From an uncultured Bacilli bacterium (GTDB lineage Bacteria > Bacillota_I > Bacilli_A > RF39 > UBA660), in NCBI GenBank assembly GCA_947628235.1, contig CANQZC010000005.1, forward strand, positions 1,460 through 65,459: a DNA stretch of 64,000 nucleotides, in the 5' to 3' direction. Numbering within the stretch: position 1 is the first letter of the stretch; the number at the start of each line of letters is the position of its first letter. This document shows, one piece after another, positions 10,430-19,827 of the stretch. The notes under the pieces are model-generated. The model saw nothing but the letters and a program-made list of their open reading frames with translations, had not been told where the DNA came from and made no database searches. Position numbers and translations under genes: made by a program.

Positions 10430-11734
10430 ATGAAAAAAAGTAAATTTATTCGCTCTAGTATTTATCTTTTAATCGGTGGATTTCTGACAAAAGTACTAGG
10501 AATGGTTGCGAAAATTGTCCTCACAAGAAAAATGGGAACGATGGCAATGGGCCTATATTCCCTTTTAATGCCTACTTTTTCTCTTTTTTTATCCATTAGT
10601 GGAATGGGACTTTCAACAGCTTTAAATGTCTTAATTGCTAGTGGAAAATATGCGACTAAAAATTTGCTTTCTACCTCTCTTTTTTTAGGACTTACGATGG
10701 ATTTCTTGCTTCTTCTTGTTCTTTTTTTCGGAAAAGAGATACTTGCCAACAACTTTCTTCATGAACCAATTTTAGTTTATCCCCTTCTTTCGATTGGCTT
10801 TGTTCTTCCTTTTATTACGGTATCGAATATTTTTCGCAGTTATTTTTTTGCCAAAGAAAGAATGATTCCCCATGTGTTTTCCAATGTCTTAGAAGATGTT
10901 ATTAAACTTTTCCTCATCTATTTTGGAATTTCTTATTTTTTAGATAGCTATGAAAAAAGTCTTACTTTTTTAATGATGATTAATATTGCCTGTGAGTTTT
11001 CTTCGATTCTAATCTTTCTTGTTTGCTTTCCCAAATTTCGATGTTCCAAAAAGGAGCTTCTCCCTACTAAGAAATCCCTTCAAGCCATCTTACCGATTGC
11101 CATCCCAACTACCTTATCCAGATTAGTAGGATCAATTACTTACTTTTTAGAACCTATTATCCTCACTACCATTCTTTTAAAATTAGGATACCAAAAAGGA
11201 TTTATTATTGAACAATATGGCATTATTACTAGTTATGTCCTTCCTGTTTTAATGCTTCCTTCCTTTTTTACAAATGCGATTTCACAGGCTCTTCTTCCAA
11301 TTTTAAGTAGGCATTATCACCACCAAGAGAGGAAATCTTTTCAAAAGAAATTAAAACAAGCTATCTTTCTATCATTAGGAATTGGAATTCTTTATACTAT
11401 CTTTTGCTTCTTCTTTCATCAAGAAATCTTTTTCTTTTTATATCATACACAAGAAGGTAAAGGATACTTTTTCTTCTTACTCCCTATCTTTCTTCTTTAT
11501 TATTTAGAAGGACCTCTCAGTTCGGCTCTACAAGCGATGGGAAAAGCCAATATTCAATTAAGAATCTCCCTTATCAATTTTGGAATTCGTACTTTAGGAC
11601 TTATTTTATTAACCTCACTATCTATCGGTTTTTATGGCTTTTTAATCGCTCTTTCTATCAATATCTTCGTGGCGGTTGGATACGCTAGTAAGAAAGTTTT
11701 AGATTCTTTACAAGAAAAGAAAAGTATTATATAA
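10430..11734 (+). CDS. MOP-superfamily flippase (SpoVB/MurJ-like polysaccharide biosynthesis protein)
   Basis: About 14 TM segments. The start is set to MKKSKFIRSS (ATG 10430), preceded by AAAGGAGAAAC. It is divergent from comN-secDF as in Bacillus. Confidence 0.7.
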   Translation: MKKSKFIRSSIYLLIGGFLTKVLGMVAKIVLTRKMGTMAMGLYSLLMPTFSLFLSISGMGLSTALNVLIASGKYATKNLLSTSLFLGLTMDFLLLLVLFFGKEILANNFLHEPILVYPLLSIGFVLPFITVSNIFRSYFFAKERMIPHVFSNVLEDVIKLFLIYFGISYFLDSYEKSLTFLMMINIACEFSSILIFLVCFPKFRCSKKELLPTKKSLQAILPIAIPTTLSRLVGSITYFLEPIILTTILLKLGYQKGFIIEQYGIITSYVLPVLMLPSFFTNAISQALLPILSRHYHHQERKSFQKKLKQAIFLSLGIGILYTIFCFFFHQEIFFFLYHTQEGKGYFFFLLPIFLLYYLEGPLSSALQAMGKANIQLRISLINFGIRTLGLILLTSLSIGFYGFLIALSINIFVAVGYASKKVLDSLQEKKSII

Positions 11735-11762
11735 TGTTAATAGAAAATAATAGAGGTGAATC

Positions 11763-12512
11763 ATGAGAAAAGTATCAGAAAGAACGATTCGTCGCATTGA
11801 AAATGGAGAATTGGTCATTTATAATGCGGGAGCGTTAGAAAAATTAAAAAAATATGTCTTAGTAGCCGTTGCTACCGTAACTCTTGCCGGAGGAATTACA
11901 GGATATGCTTTAGGTACTAAAGTAGAAAGTATGAAACTTCCAGGAACTATTCCAGCAGGATGTGTTTTAACCTATATTGAAGATTCCATTGACTATGGGG
12001 GAAATGTGACTGACACTGCTCGAGATTACTATAATGAAGCCTATGATGATATGTATCATGGATTAAATACTTATGCGAAAGTTGTTGAAGAAATTAACGG
12101 ATTATATCACAATGAAACAGTTCATGTCGGAGATACGATTAAACTTCCTGTCATTGTCGATGAAACCAATCCTCACTACATTCAGATGTTAGTACTTCAA
12201 AATCAAATTCGAGCGATTGAACAAAATAATTACTGGGTTAGTTATACCGTTCAGCTTGGCGATAATATTTCCGTTTTAGCGTCAAAAGCATCTGGCAGTC
12301 ATGCTGAAACTGCTTTATTAACGAATAAAATTATCGAAAAGAATCACTTAGGAGGAATTCTTCAAGCAGGTACTACTATATGGATTGTCAATCCGGAGTT
12401 AGGTCCTTTAAAGTTATCTTTACAAGAAGAGACAAAACAATTACAAGAAGAATTAAAAGGTGACGATCAAGATACTAATCAAGATACTAATCAAGATGTA
12501 AAAAACCGCTAA
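11763..12512 (+). CDS. membrane-anchored protein with LysM-like segments
   Basis: 249 aa with one TM (VLVAVATVTLAGGITGYALG). Two LysM-like stretches are present (HVGDTIKLPV; YTVQLGDNISVLASKA). The C-terminal tail has a QDTN tandem repeat. Confidence 0.45.
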   Translation: MRKVSERTIRRIENGELVIYNAGALEKLKKYVLVAVATVTLAGGITGYALGTKVESMKLPGTIPAGCVLTYIEDSIDYGGNVTDTARDYYNEAYDDMYHGLNTYAKVVEEINGLYHNETVHVGDTIKLPVIVDETNPHYIQMLVLQNQIRAIEQNNYWVSYTVQLGDNISVLASKASGSHAETALLTNKIIEKNHLGGILQAGTTIWIVNPELGPLKLSLQEETKQLQEELKGDDQDTNQDTNQDVKNR

Positions 12513-12525
12513 AATAGCGGTTTTT
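12501..12525. terminator. bidirectional intrinsic terminator between convergent genes
   Basis: AAAAACCGCU-AAAAU-AGCGGUUUUU. The A-run/U-run symmetry serves both strands, and both stop codons lie within it. Confidence 0.8.
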
Positions 12526-13366
12526 ATTTGGTTACTGGTTTATTTTCATAACAAGTAACAATATTCTCTAGTAACATAGCGACTGTCATAGGTCCTACTC
12601 CTTTAGGAACTGGAGTAATATAAGATGCTTTCTTAGAAACTTTATCAAAATCGACATCGCCACATAATTTTCCATCCACACGATTGATTCCTACATCAAT
12701 GACAACCGCATCTTTTTTAACCATATCTTCGGTAATCATTTTAGGAACTCCTGCCGCGCAGATTAAGATATCGGCTTCTTTGGTAATAGAAGGTAAGTCT
12801 ACAGTATGGCTATGACAAACAGTTACTGTTGCATCTGCAGCTAACATCAATTGGAAAAGAGGTTTGCCGACCAATTTACTTCGTCCTACGATGACTACCC
12901 TTTTTCCCTCTAGAGGAATTTCATATTCCTTTAAAATTCTCATAACTCCTAATGGAGTACAAGGAACTAATGTCTTTCTTCCATTAATCATTCGTCCCGT
13001 ATTAATATCGGTAAGGCCATCGACATCTTTACTATTACTGATGGAATTTAAAATTCTTTTTTCATTATATCGTTCAGGAATAGGAAGTTGAACAAGAATT
13101 CCATTGACATATTCATCATTATTCAATTCTTTAATCTTATTAATAATTGTCAATTCTGGAGTATCATCTTCAAACTTAAAGTGGCGGAAATAAACCCCTA
13201 CCGCACTACAAGCCTTTTCTTTTCTCTTTATATAAGAATCACTAGCTGGGTCGCTACCAACTTGAATGACAGCCACACTAGGACGAATCATACAATTTTT
13301 TAGTTTCTGTTTTATCTCTTCTTGGATTTTTAAACTTAATGCCTCTCCATCCATTATTGTACTCAA
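12524..13366 (-). CDS. folD: bifunctional methylenetetrahydrofolate dehydrogenase/cyclohydrolase
   Basis: The sequence is FolD-like throughout (VGSDPASDSYIKRKEKA, PVPKGVGPMTVAMLLENIV). The ORF-track start at 13375 is a GTG overlapping the GAGGTG RBS. TTG at 13366, 6 nt after the RBS, fits better. Confidence 0.9.
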   Translation of the reverse strand: MSTIMDGEALSLKIQEEIKQKLKNCMIRPSVAVIQVGSDPASDSYIKRKEKACSAVGVYFRHFKFEDDTPELTIINKIKELNNDEYVNGILVQLPIPERYNEKRILNSISNSKDVDGLTDINTGRMINGRKTLVPCTPLGVMRILKEYEIPLEGKRVVIVGRSKLVGKPLFQLMLAADATVTVCHSHTVDLPSITKEADILICAAGVPKMITEDMVKKDAVVIDVGINRVDGKLCGDVDFDKVSKKASYITPVPKGVGPMTVAMLLENIVTCYENKPVTK

Positions 13367-13443
13367 ATTTATCACCTCAAATTATATTTTGTAGTGTTTC
13401 CACTACCTTCTACCTTAATTATAGCAAAAAAGAACTCATTTCC

Positions 13444-13499
13444 AACAAAAAAATGTCTATTTTACATTTTTTACAAAAAATTATGTAAAGTAGACATTT
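13444..13499 (-). terminator. intrinsic terminator after the ABC exporter genes
   Basis: A 17-bp stem (13451-13467 pairing with 13483-13499, one G.U) is followed on the minus strand by a U7 run (plus A-run 13444-13450). Confidence 0.75.
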
Positions 13500-13508
13500 T
13501 AAAAACAA

Positions 13509-14312
13509 TTAAGACTCTTTTTCGGGATCTTGTTGTCCCATGAATTCTCGATATCTTGGAAGAATTTCTTCGGCAGGACCAATCTCCATAAGATTACCAT
13601 CATTTAACCATAATACTTCATCACAAAGAGATGCGATAGTATCCAAATTATGAGATACAATTAAAACCGTCCTATTTTCATCCGAAATAAGTTCTTTCAT
13701 CTTGTTGTAACTTTTCGCTTTAAATTGAGCATCTCCAACGCTTAATACTTCATCAATTAACATGATATCTGTCTCTAATATCGCCGTAATCGCAAACGCT
13801 AATTTAGAGTACATTCCAGAAGAATAAGTTTTTACTGGTTTATACATAAACTTTCCAATATCGGCAAAATCAATAATCTCCTGTTCTTTTTCACGAATCT
13901 GTTCTTCGGAGAAACCTAATAACATTCCGGATAGATAAATGTTCTCTTTTCCGGTTAGTTTCTTATTAAATCCGACTCCAATAGAAAGAAGGGAAATTGT
14001 ATTTCCATGTAAATCAATCTTTCCTTCGTCTGGTGAAAAGATTCCGGCAATTGCTCTTAACATGGTTGATTTTCCAGATCCATTCTTTCCGATGATACCT
14101 AGAATTTTTCCTTTTTCTACTTCAAAACTAACACCTTTTAAAGCACGAAAGAGTTCTACCCTAGAACCTAGTTTCGTCCAAGAAGCACGAATAGATGTCT
14201 TTTTAAGACCACGATAAGTGACATGAAGATTCTTAACGGTAATCGCTATCTCTTTTTTAGATTTAGAAGAGACAATTTCACTATTAGTTTCCATTTCATC
14301 CTTCTTTTTCAT
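13509..14312 (-). CDS. ABC transporter ATP-binding protein, TagH/polysaccharide-export type
   Basis: Walker A GKNGSGKST, signature YSSGM, Walker B LIDEVLSVGD. It is coupled to an ABC-2 permease with overlapping stop/start at 14312. Confidence 0.85.
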   Translation of the reverse strand: MKKKDEMETNSEIVSSKSKKEIAITVKNLHVTYRGLKKTSIRASWTKLGSRVELFRALKGVSFEVEKGKILGIIGKNGSGKSTMLRAIAGIFSPDEGKIDLHGNTISLLSIGVGFNKKLTGKENIYLSGMLLGFSEEQIREKEQEIIDFADIGKFMYKPVKTYSSGMYSKLAFAITAILETDIMLIDEVLSVGDAQFKAKSYNKMKELISDENRTVLIVSHNLDTIASLCDEVLWLNDGNLMEIGPAEEILPRYREFMGQQDPEKES

Positions 14313-15130
14313 TAAATCACCTTCGCATAACTATTTTCATTCTTATGGATGACATGAACCCCTATCATACATAAGACAACACCGATAAGTCCCCAAATTC
14401 CAAGTAAGCCTAAATGAGGTAGATTTCCTTCTAGGAGAACCACTCGGAGTTCATTCATAATAAAGGCAATAGGATTTACCTTTAAAAGAAGAACTACTAA
14501 ACTTGGATGCTTCTTTAACTTCTTTTGAATATTATAGAAGACACCAGATAAATAGAAAACCATTTTAAGACCAATATTTGTCAAATTGGATAAATCATTC
14601 AAAGTAACTCCAAAATGCATCAAAATCATTCCCATACCAAATGTAAGAACATAAAGGACAACAAAGATTGGAATCGCTAATAACATCGTCCAAGAAAATG
14701 GTACTCTTTGACAAATCATTAAAACAAGACAAATGAGTAAAGAAATTCCCATTTTAAATAGATAAGTAAAAGACTTTGATAACAATAAAATATATTTTGG
14801 AATATATACTTTTGTAACCAAATCTCGATTATTAATAATGAGTTTCACACTACCCGTAATCATCCGATTAAAAAATTCCCAAGCAGTAAGTCCGATAAAT
14901 ACAAAAGAAGCAAAATACTTTTCGTTATTATCGAATACAACACCAAAAACGAATGTATAAATAAGCATAAAACAAACTGGTTCAATAATCCACCATAGCC
15001 AGTTTAAATAAGAATCAGCTACCTCGCTTTTTAATTCGGCTTTGGCTGAATAAATCGCATACTTATAATATTTTTTGATGTTATTAAAAAATTTTTTCAA
15101 GATATCCCTACTTTCCAAAATAAAATACAC
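14312..15130 (-). CDS. ABC-2 type permease, TagG/polysaccharide-export type
   Basis: 272 aa with about 6 TM. It has the typical N-terminus ...AELKSEVADSYLNWLWWIIEP. Confidence 0.8.
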   Translation of the reverse strand: MYFILESRDILKKFFNNIKKYYKYAIYSAKAELKSEVADSYLNWLWWIIEPVCFMLIYTFVFGVVFDNNEKYFASFVFIGLTAWEFFNRMITGSVKLIINNRDLVTKVYIPKYILLLSKSFTYLFKMGISLLICLVLMICQRVPFSWTMLLAIPIFVVLYVLTFGMGMILMHFGVTLNDLSNLTNIGLKMVFYLSGVFYNIQKKLKKHPSLVVLLLKVNPIAFIMNELRVVLLEGNLPHLGLLGIWGLIGVVLCMIGVHVIHKNENSYAKVI

Positions 15131-15713
15131 CTAATATTTTTGAAAATCGATTTAAAATTTCATTGCTCTTCTGCATCGCAATATTTTTCTCTAAAGCTTT
15201 CCCACCAATCGTTAAAGCGGCTACCGTTGCTGTTGTAAAAAGCGAACAAATAAGAAGAGATATTCCCCACATTTCCGAGATAGAACTAGCGATAACTACA
15301 CCTGCGGAACCAGAAATAATTCCACAGATATCACCAATGACATCTTGGCAGAAACTAGAAACTTTATTCGCATTTCTCTTTAAAAGAACAGCTACCTTTG
15401 CTGATTTAATCCCTCTAGAACTCATGGAATGGAAAGGTGCTTCACTCGCTGTTGCAACAGCCATTCCTACCATATCAAAAAGGACCCCGATAGCAACAAA
15501 CAAGAAAACAATGACACAACTAATGAGAAGATTCGCTTTCTTTAACGCTACCTCAGAAAAGAAAGAAAAGGAAAAAGAGATAGCGAACGCTAAACAAGTA
15601 AGTTCTAAAACCCACTTATAGTTTTCCCTCTTTTTTAACTTCTTTTCTCTTTTTATATCTTCTTGTTTTGTATTTTTTGGTTTCAAGTTAATCCCCCTTA
15701 TACACAATGACAT
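15108..15713 (-). CDS. hypothetical integral membrane protein
   Basis: 201 aa with a K-rich N-terminus and then about 4 TM. Family not recognised with confidence. Confidence 0.5.
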   Translation of the reverse strand: MSLCIRGINLKPKNTKQEDIKREKKLKKRENYKWVLELTCLAFAISFSFSFFSEVALKKANLLISCVIVFLFVAIGVLFDMVGMAVATASEAPFHSMSSRGIKSAKVAVLLKRNANKVSSFCQDVIGDICGIISGSAGVVIASSISEMWGISLLICSLFTTATVAALTIGGKALEKNIAMQKSNEILNRFSKILGVFYFGK

Positions 15714-15740
15714 TCTACCGGATTTTCAGAATTTTGTCAA

Positions 15741-16691
15741 TTATTTATCACAAAGGTCTTCCTCTGTCTCTTTGACGATATAGATTGGTCTTTTCTTTGC
15801 TTCTAAGTAAGTTTTTGCTAAATACTCACCCATAATTCCCGTACAGAAAAGTTGAATTCCACTAAGAAAAAAGAGAATACAAATCATCGAAGGCCAACCA
15901 GCAACAGGATCTCCCCAAATTAGTGTTTTCACAATAATCACAATAATCGCAATGAAAGAAACAAAGCAAAAGAAAATTCCTAAGATTGCGGAAATCAATA
16001 AAGGTGTCGTTGAAAATCCAACAATGCCTTCCATGGCGTATGCAAAAAGTTTTGGAAAATTAAATTTCGTTGTTCCTGCTACCCTTTCTTGGTTTTCATA
16101 TTCAATCCATTTGGTATCGAATCCGACAAAACTAAAAAGCCCTTTCGAATATCGATTATACTCTTTAGCCGATAAAATCGCATCTACCATTCTTCTTTTC
16201 ATCAAGCGATAATCTCGCGCGCCAGGTACCATCTCAACATTAGACATCTTCGCAATAATCTTGTAAAACCATCCTGTAAATATTTTTCGAAAGAAAGAAT
16301 ATCCATGTCTACTGACACTTTTTGCTGCTACACAGTCATATCCTTCTTCTTTGATAGAACGATACATTTCTTTTAAAAGAGCGGGAGGATCTTGTAAATC
16401 AACATCCATAGTAGTGACATAATCTCCCTTAGAAGCCTCTAATCCAGCATACATAGCCGCTTCTTTTCCAAAGTTTCTAGAAAAAGAAATATAGTGAACA
16501 GACTTATCTTGTCTAGCTAATTCTCGCATCTTTTCAATTGTCGTATCTTTTGATCCATCATTGACATAGATAATTTCATAATGAATATTGGAAATTTCTT
16601 TTAAAACTTTTGTTACTTCCTCATAAAATGGAAGAATATTTTCTTCCTCATTCATACAAGGAACTACAATCGATATTAATTCTTTTTTCAT
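15741..16691 (-). CDS. GT2 polyprenol-phosphate glycosyltransferase (GtrB/CsbB-like)
   Basis: ISIVVPCMNEE, VNDGSKDTT and DVDLQDPP (DXD) motifs are followed by two C-terminal TM helices. This is the classic GtrB/ArnC architecture. Confidence 0.85.
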   Translation of the reverse strand: MKKELISIVVPCMNEEENILPFYEEVTKVLKEISNIHYEIIYVNDGSKDTTIEKMRELARQDKSVHYISFSRNFGKEAAMYAGLEASKGDYVTTMDVDLQDPPALLKEMYRSIKEEGYDCVAAKSVSRHGYSFFRKIFTGWFYKIIAKMSNVEMVPGARDYRLMKRRMVDAILSAKEYNRYSKGLFSFVGFDTKWIEYENQERVAGTTKFNFPKLFAYAMEGIVGFSTTPLLISAILGIFFCFVSFIAIIVIIVKTLIWGDPVAGWPSMICILFFLSGIQLFCTGIMGEYLAKTYLEAKKRPIYIVKETEEDLCDK

Positions 16692-16692
16692 A

Positions 16693-18192
16693 CTACTCCC
16701 TCATTTGATATAAAACATATTTAAAATGGATATTTTCATACACTTGATAAACAACATCTATTACCTCATAATTCTCATGAAGATAAGGAACAGAAATGGT
16801 ATTTTCATTTATATATTCTTTCATCCGTAAGATGACAAACTGCGTATGTTTTTCTTTGATTGCTAAATCCTGAGCATCTTTATTCTCTGGATAGGCTTCA
16901 TATTTAATATTTATTTTTTCAAAATATTTCTCGGTCGGTAAAATACCTAACACAGTATAAAAACCACCATCTAGTTTGCCATAATTTAATACGGTTGGAT
17001 TCTCATAAGCAGACATAATCTCAGCAAATCGAAACTGCGCTAAAGACTCTTTTTTGGTTCCAATGAAATAGGTATTTGGACTTACTAGATAAACCATTCC
17101 CCAAAAGAAAGGAAAAAGTAAGATAACCCAATACCTAGTTGGTAATTTTGGAATGGATAAATGCGCTACAAAAATACCAAAGAAAATTGTAAAAGAAGCC
17201 ATGACATAAAAATAGTAAGCATAGTTCTTTAGTCCAATAAAGTTAAAGAGAAAAGTACTAAATAACAAGATGAAAAAAGATATCTTTTTTCCTTTTAGTA
17301 AGACTCTTTTATCTTTGAGAACACCTATCATACCAACGACGAGAGAAAAACTATATAAAGCACTCTTCTTGCCGTTCGTTACCAAAATTTCTCCTAATTT
17401 TTGAATTCTTTCGAATAATGAAACAGTAAGTTCCTGTGCAGGATAAAGAAAAATATTTAAATAAAAATAGTCTTCCCATAGATCTTTTAAAGCACCATGA
17501 ACTCCAAAATAAAGAAGAATTGGAATACTAACCGTAAGAAGTCCTAAAAAATAACAAACTCCCATTCGTAAAAATAGATTCCATTTTTTCTTTTTCAGTA
17601 ATAAAAAACTAATAATAAGGACAAACCCAATCCAAAAACCTAAGAGAATATATTTCGTCCATAGAAGAATTCCTACTAGAATTCCTTCCGTATAGAAGAG
17701 AAAATCATTTTTTTGTAAGTAAGAATCTTGATTCATTAACTTTAGAAAGTGATAGATACTAATCGCATAAAACGGTAGCATCAATTCCTCTACACTTCCC
17801 CCATGAACAAAAGATGGCATTGTCAGTAAAATCGCTATCACAAACAAAGAAGAAAGATAAAAATGTTCTTCTTTTCCATATAACTTTAAAATCTTATAAA
17901 AGAAGTAGAGGAAAATCGTAAAAGCAAGTACTTCTATTAAAAAGATGCCCAAGAATGTTCGATTGGAAATCAAGTATCCAATTCCATAAACAACATATAG
18001 AATAGGACCTTTCTGTTCAAATAGATCACGATATGGGACCATTCCATTCATAAGTCCCTTCCCCATCGTGAAGAAAGCATTCGCATCTACCCAATCATTC
18101 ATAGGATATAGTGGCGAAGATTTTGTTGCTATCCATAAAAAAAGAAACGAAATACATAATGAATAAATAATTACTTTTCTATTGTTTTTCAT
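16693..18192 (-). CDS. polytopic GT-C-like glycosyltransferase, paralog 1
   Basis: At least 11 TM with a C-terminal soluble domain. The first loop is conserved (NDWVDANAFFTMGKGLMNGMVPYRDLFEQKGPILY). The ORF-track start is GTG, so ATG 18192 (MKNNRKV) was chosen by analogy with the paralog. Confidence 0.6.
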   Translation of the reverse strand: MKNNRKVIIYSLCISFLFLWIATKSSPLYPMNDWVDANAFFTMGKGLMNGMVPYRDLFEQKGPILYVVYGIGYLISNRTFLGIFLIEVLAFTIFLYFFYKILKLYGKEEHFYLSSLFVIAILLTMPSFVHGGSVEELMLPFYAISIYHFLKLMNQDSYLQKNDFLFYTEGILVGILLWTKYILLGFWIGFVLIISFLLLKKKKWNLFLRMGVCYFLGLLTVSIPILLYFGVHGALKDLWEDYFYLNIFLYPAQELTVSLFERIQKLGEILVTNGKKSALYSFSLVVGMIGVLKDKRVLLKGKKISFFILLFSTFLFNFIGLKNYAYYFYVMASFTIFFGIFVAHLSIPKLPTRYWVILLFPFFWGMVYLVSPNTYFIGTKKESLAQFRFAEIMSAYENPTVLNYGKLDGGFYTVLGILPTEKYFEKINIKYEAYPENKDAQDLAIKEKHTQFVILRMKEYINENTISVPYLHENYEVIDVVYQVYENIHFKYVLYQMRE

Positions 18193-18254
18193 AAACTCCC
18201 ACTGCTTCAAGTATACCACATATACGCTTTCGTTTCAATCATTCCAAAAACCAC

Positions 18255-19754
18255 TCATCTATTTTTTTGAAATAAATAATAATCCGCTAATATGGTTTCA
18301 TACTTTTGTGTATGTTCCTTCACTAGATGGTAATTTTCTAAAAGAAAAGGAAGATACTGATCTGATAATTTTTCTCCATGTTCTAGTCTAAAAATAACAT
18401 AATCTACTCGTTTCGAAGCAATCGCTTCTCTTTGAGAATCTAAATTTTCAGGAAATACTTGGTAATTTATATTAATTTTAGAAAAATATTTTTCGGTCGG
18501 TAAACTTCCTGATGTGGTATAAAAACCTCCATCAATTCCTCCATAGTAAAGAAGCGTACTTCCTTCCTCCATATCTTTTAAAAATTCGTACTGAGCATAG
18601 TCCTCTTTTTTCCAAGAAAGATAAGGAATATTATCATTAACCGCATAAATATAAGAAAAAAGAAGTGGAATGATAAAAATAAGTAAACTATTTTTTTCTA
18701 AGTTTTCCTTTTCTAAGTACTCGGCAATCCATAACATACCAAAAATACAAAATGGAAAAGCTATTAAGAAATAATATCGATAACTAACACACCCTAGATA
18801 GAGAAAGAAAAGAAGAAAGAAAAACGCTAGTGGAAATATCCATTTTCTTTTCGAAGATAGAATTTTATTCTCTTTCCAAATAAAGAGTATCCCTAATAGG
18901 AGAAAAACACTATAGACAAGATGTTTTTGAAAGTTGGTAGTTATTAGCGTATAAATAATTCCTAATTTTGTTAAGAAAGATGTCTCTGCCATAGAAGAAG
19001 CATGATAAAGAAAAATATTTAAATAGAAATAATCTTCCCATAGATCTTTTAAGGCCCCATGAACTCCGAAATAAAGAAGAACGAGAAGAGTAACGAAAAA
19101 CATTCCTAGGAAAAAAGAAAGGAGAAAAGATAGTAGTTCCCTTCCCTTTTTTTCTTTGATGTAAAGACAAAAGAAGAAAAGGCCAAAGAAAATCCAAAAT
19201 CCTAAGAAAGTATATTTCATCCAAAGAATGATTCCGGCTACCAATCCTTCGATAAAAAAGATTTTGTTATTTGTTTTCAAATCATGATTATCCTTTAATA
19301 AAGAAAGAAAATGATAAATTCCTAAAAGACTGAAAGGAACCGCAAACTCCTCTACACTTCCTCCATGAAAAAAAGATCTCATAGAGAAGAAAACAGACGC
19401 AAAAAGAGGCGCTAATAAAAAGAAACTGTTTTCTTTCTGATATAATTTTAAAATTTTATAGAAAAGGCATAATGTCGTCGTAAAAGAAAATACTTCTAAT
19501 AAAAAGATGCCAAAGAAAGTTCGGTTGGAAATCAAATAACCAATTCCGTAGATGAGATAAAGAATTGGTCCTTTCTGCTCAAATAAATCACGATATGGAA
19601 CCATTCCATTCATAAGTCCCTTCCCCATCGTGAAGAAAGTATTCGCATCGCCCCAATCATTTAGGGAATAAAGAAACGAAGACTTTGTTGCAATCATTAG
19701 AAAAAGAAATGCTAAAAAGAAAGAATATCCAAAAATTAATAATTTCTTTTTCAT
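18255..19754 (-). CDS. polytopic GT-C-like glycosyltransferase, paralog 2
   Basis: 499 aa with the same architecture. Long identical stretches are shared with paralog 1 (FFTMGKGLMNGMVPYRDLFEQKGPILY; GVHGALKDLWEDYFYLNIFLY). RBS AGGTGA. Confidence 0.6.
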   Translation of the reverse strand: MKKKLLIFGYSFFLAFLFLMIATKSSFLYSLNDWGDANTFFTMGKGLMNGMVPYRDLFEQKGPILYLIYGIGYLISNRTFFGIFLLEVFSFTTTLCLFYKILKLYQKENSFFLLAPLFASVFFSMRSFFHGGSVEEFAVPFSLLGIYHFLSLLKDNHDLKTNNKIFFIEGLVAGIILWMKYTFLGFWIFFGLFFFCLYIKEKKGRELLSFLLSFFLGMFFVTLLVLLYFGVHGALKDLWEDYFYLNIFLYHASSMAETSFLTKLGIIYTLITTNFQKHLVYSVFLLLGILFIWKENKILSSKRKWIFPLAFFFLLFFLYLGCVSYRYYFLIAFPFCIFGMLWIAEYLEKENLEKNSLLIFIIPLLFSYIYAVNDNIPYLSWKKEDYAQYEFLKDMEEGSTLLYYGGIDGGFYTTSGSLPTEKYFSKININYQVFPENLDSQREAIASKRVDYVIFRLEHGEKLSDQYLPFLLENYHLVKEHTQKYETILADYYLFQKNR

Positions 19755-19770
19755 CTTATCACCTAAAAAT

Positions 19771-19800
19771 AGTATAACATGTTTCTAAAGCCTTTGACAA
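19771..19800 (-). promoter_or_regulatory. putative promoter of the GT-C/GT2 operon
   Basis: Minus strand reads TTGTCA (19800-19795), 18-nt spacer, TATACT (19776-19771). It lies directly after the ncRNA terminator. Confidence 0.5.
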
Positions 19801-19805
19801 GGCAC

Positions 19806-19827
19806 AAAAAAAAGGACAAAGTCCTTT
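19806..19827 (-). terminator. intrinsic terminator of the ncRNA unit
   Basis: Minus strand reads AAAGGAC-UUU-GUCCUUU followed by a U-run (8 T in total). Confidence 0.85.

Noticed and set aside
12465-12500. A short in-frame tandem repeat, caagatactaat in about 2.5 copies, encodes QDTNQDTNQD at the C-terminus of the LysM-like protein.
   Set aside because: It is too short and has too few copies to call a meaningful VNTR or phase-variation tract. It is probably a trivial slippage product in a disordered tail.
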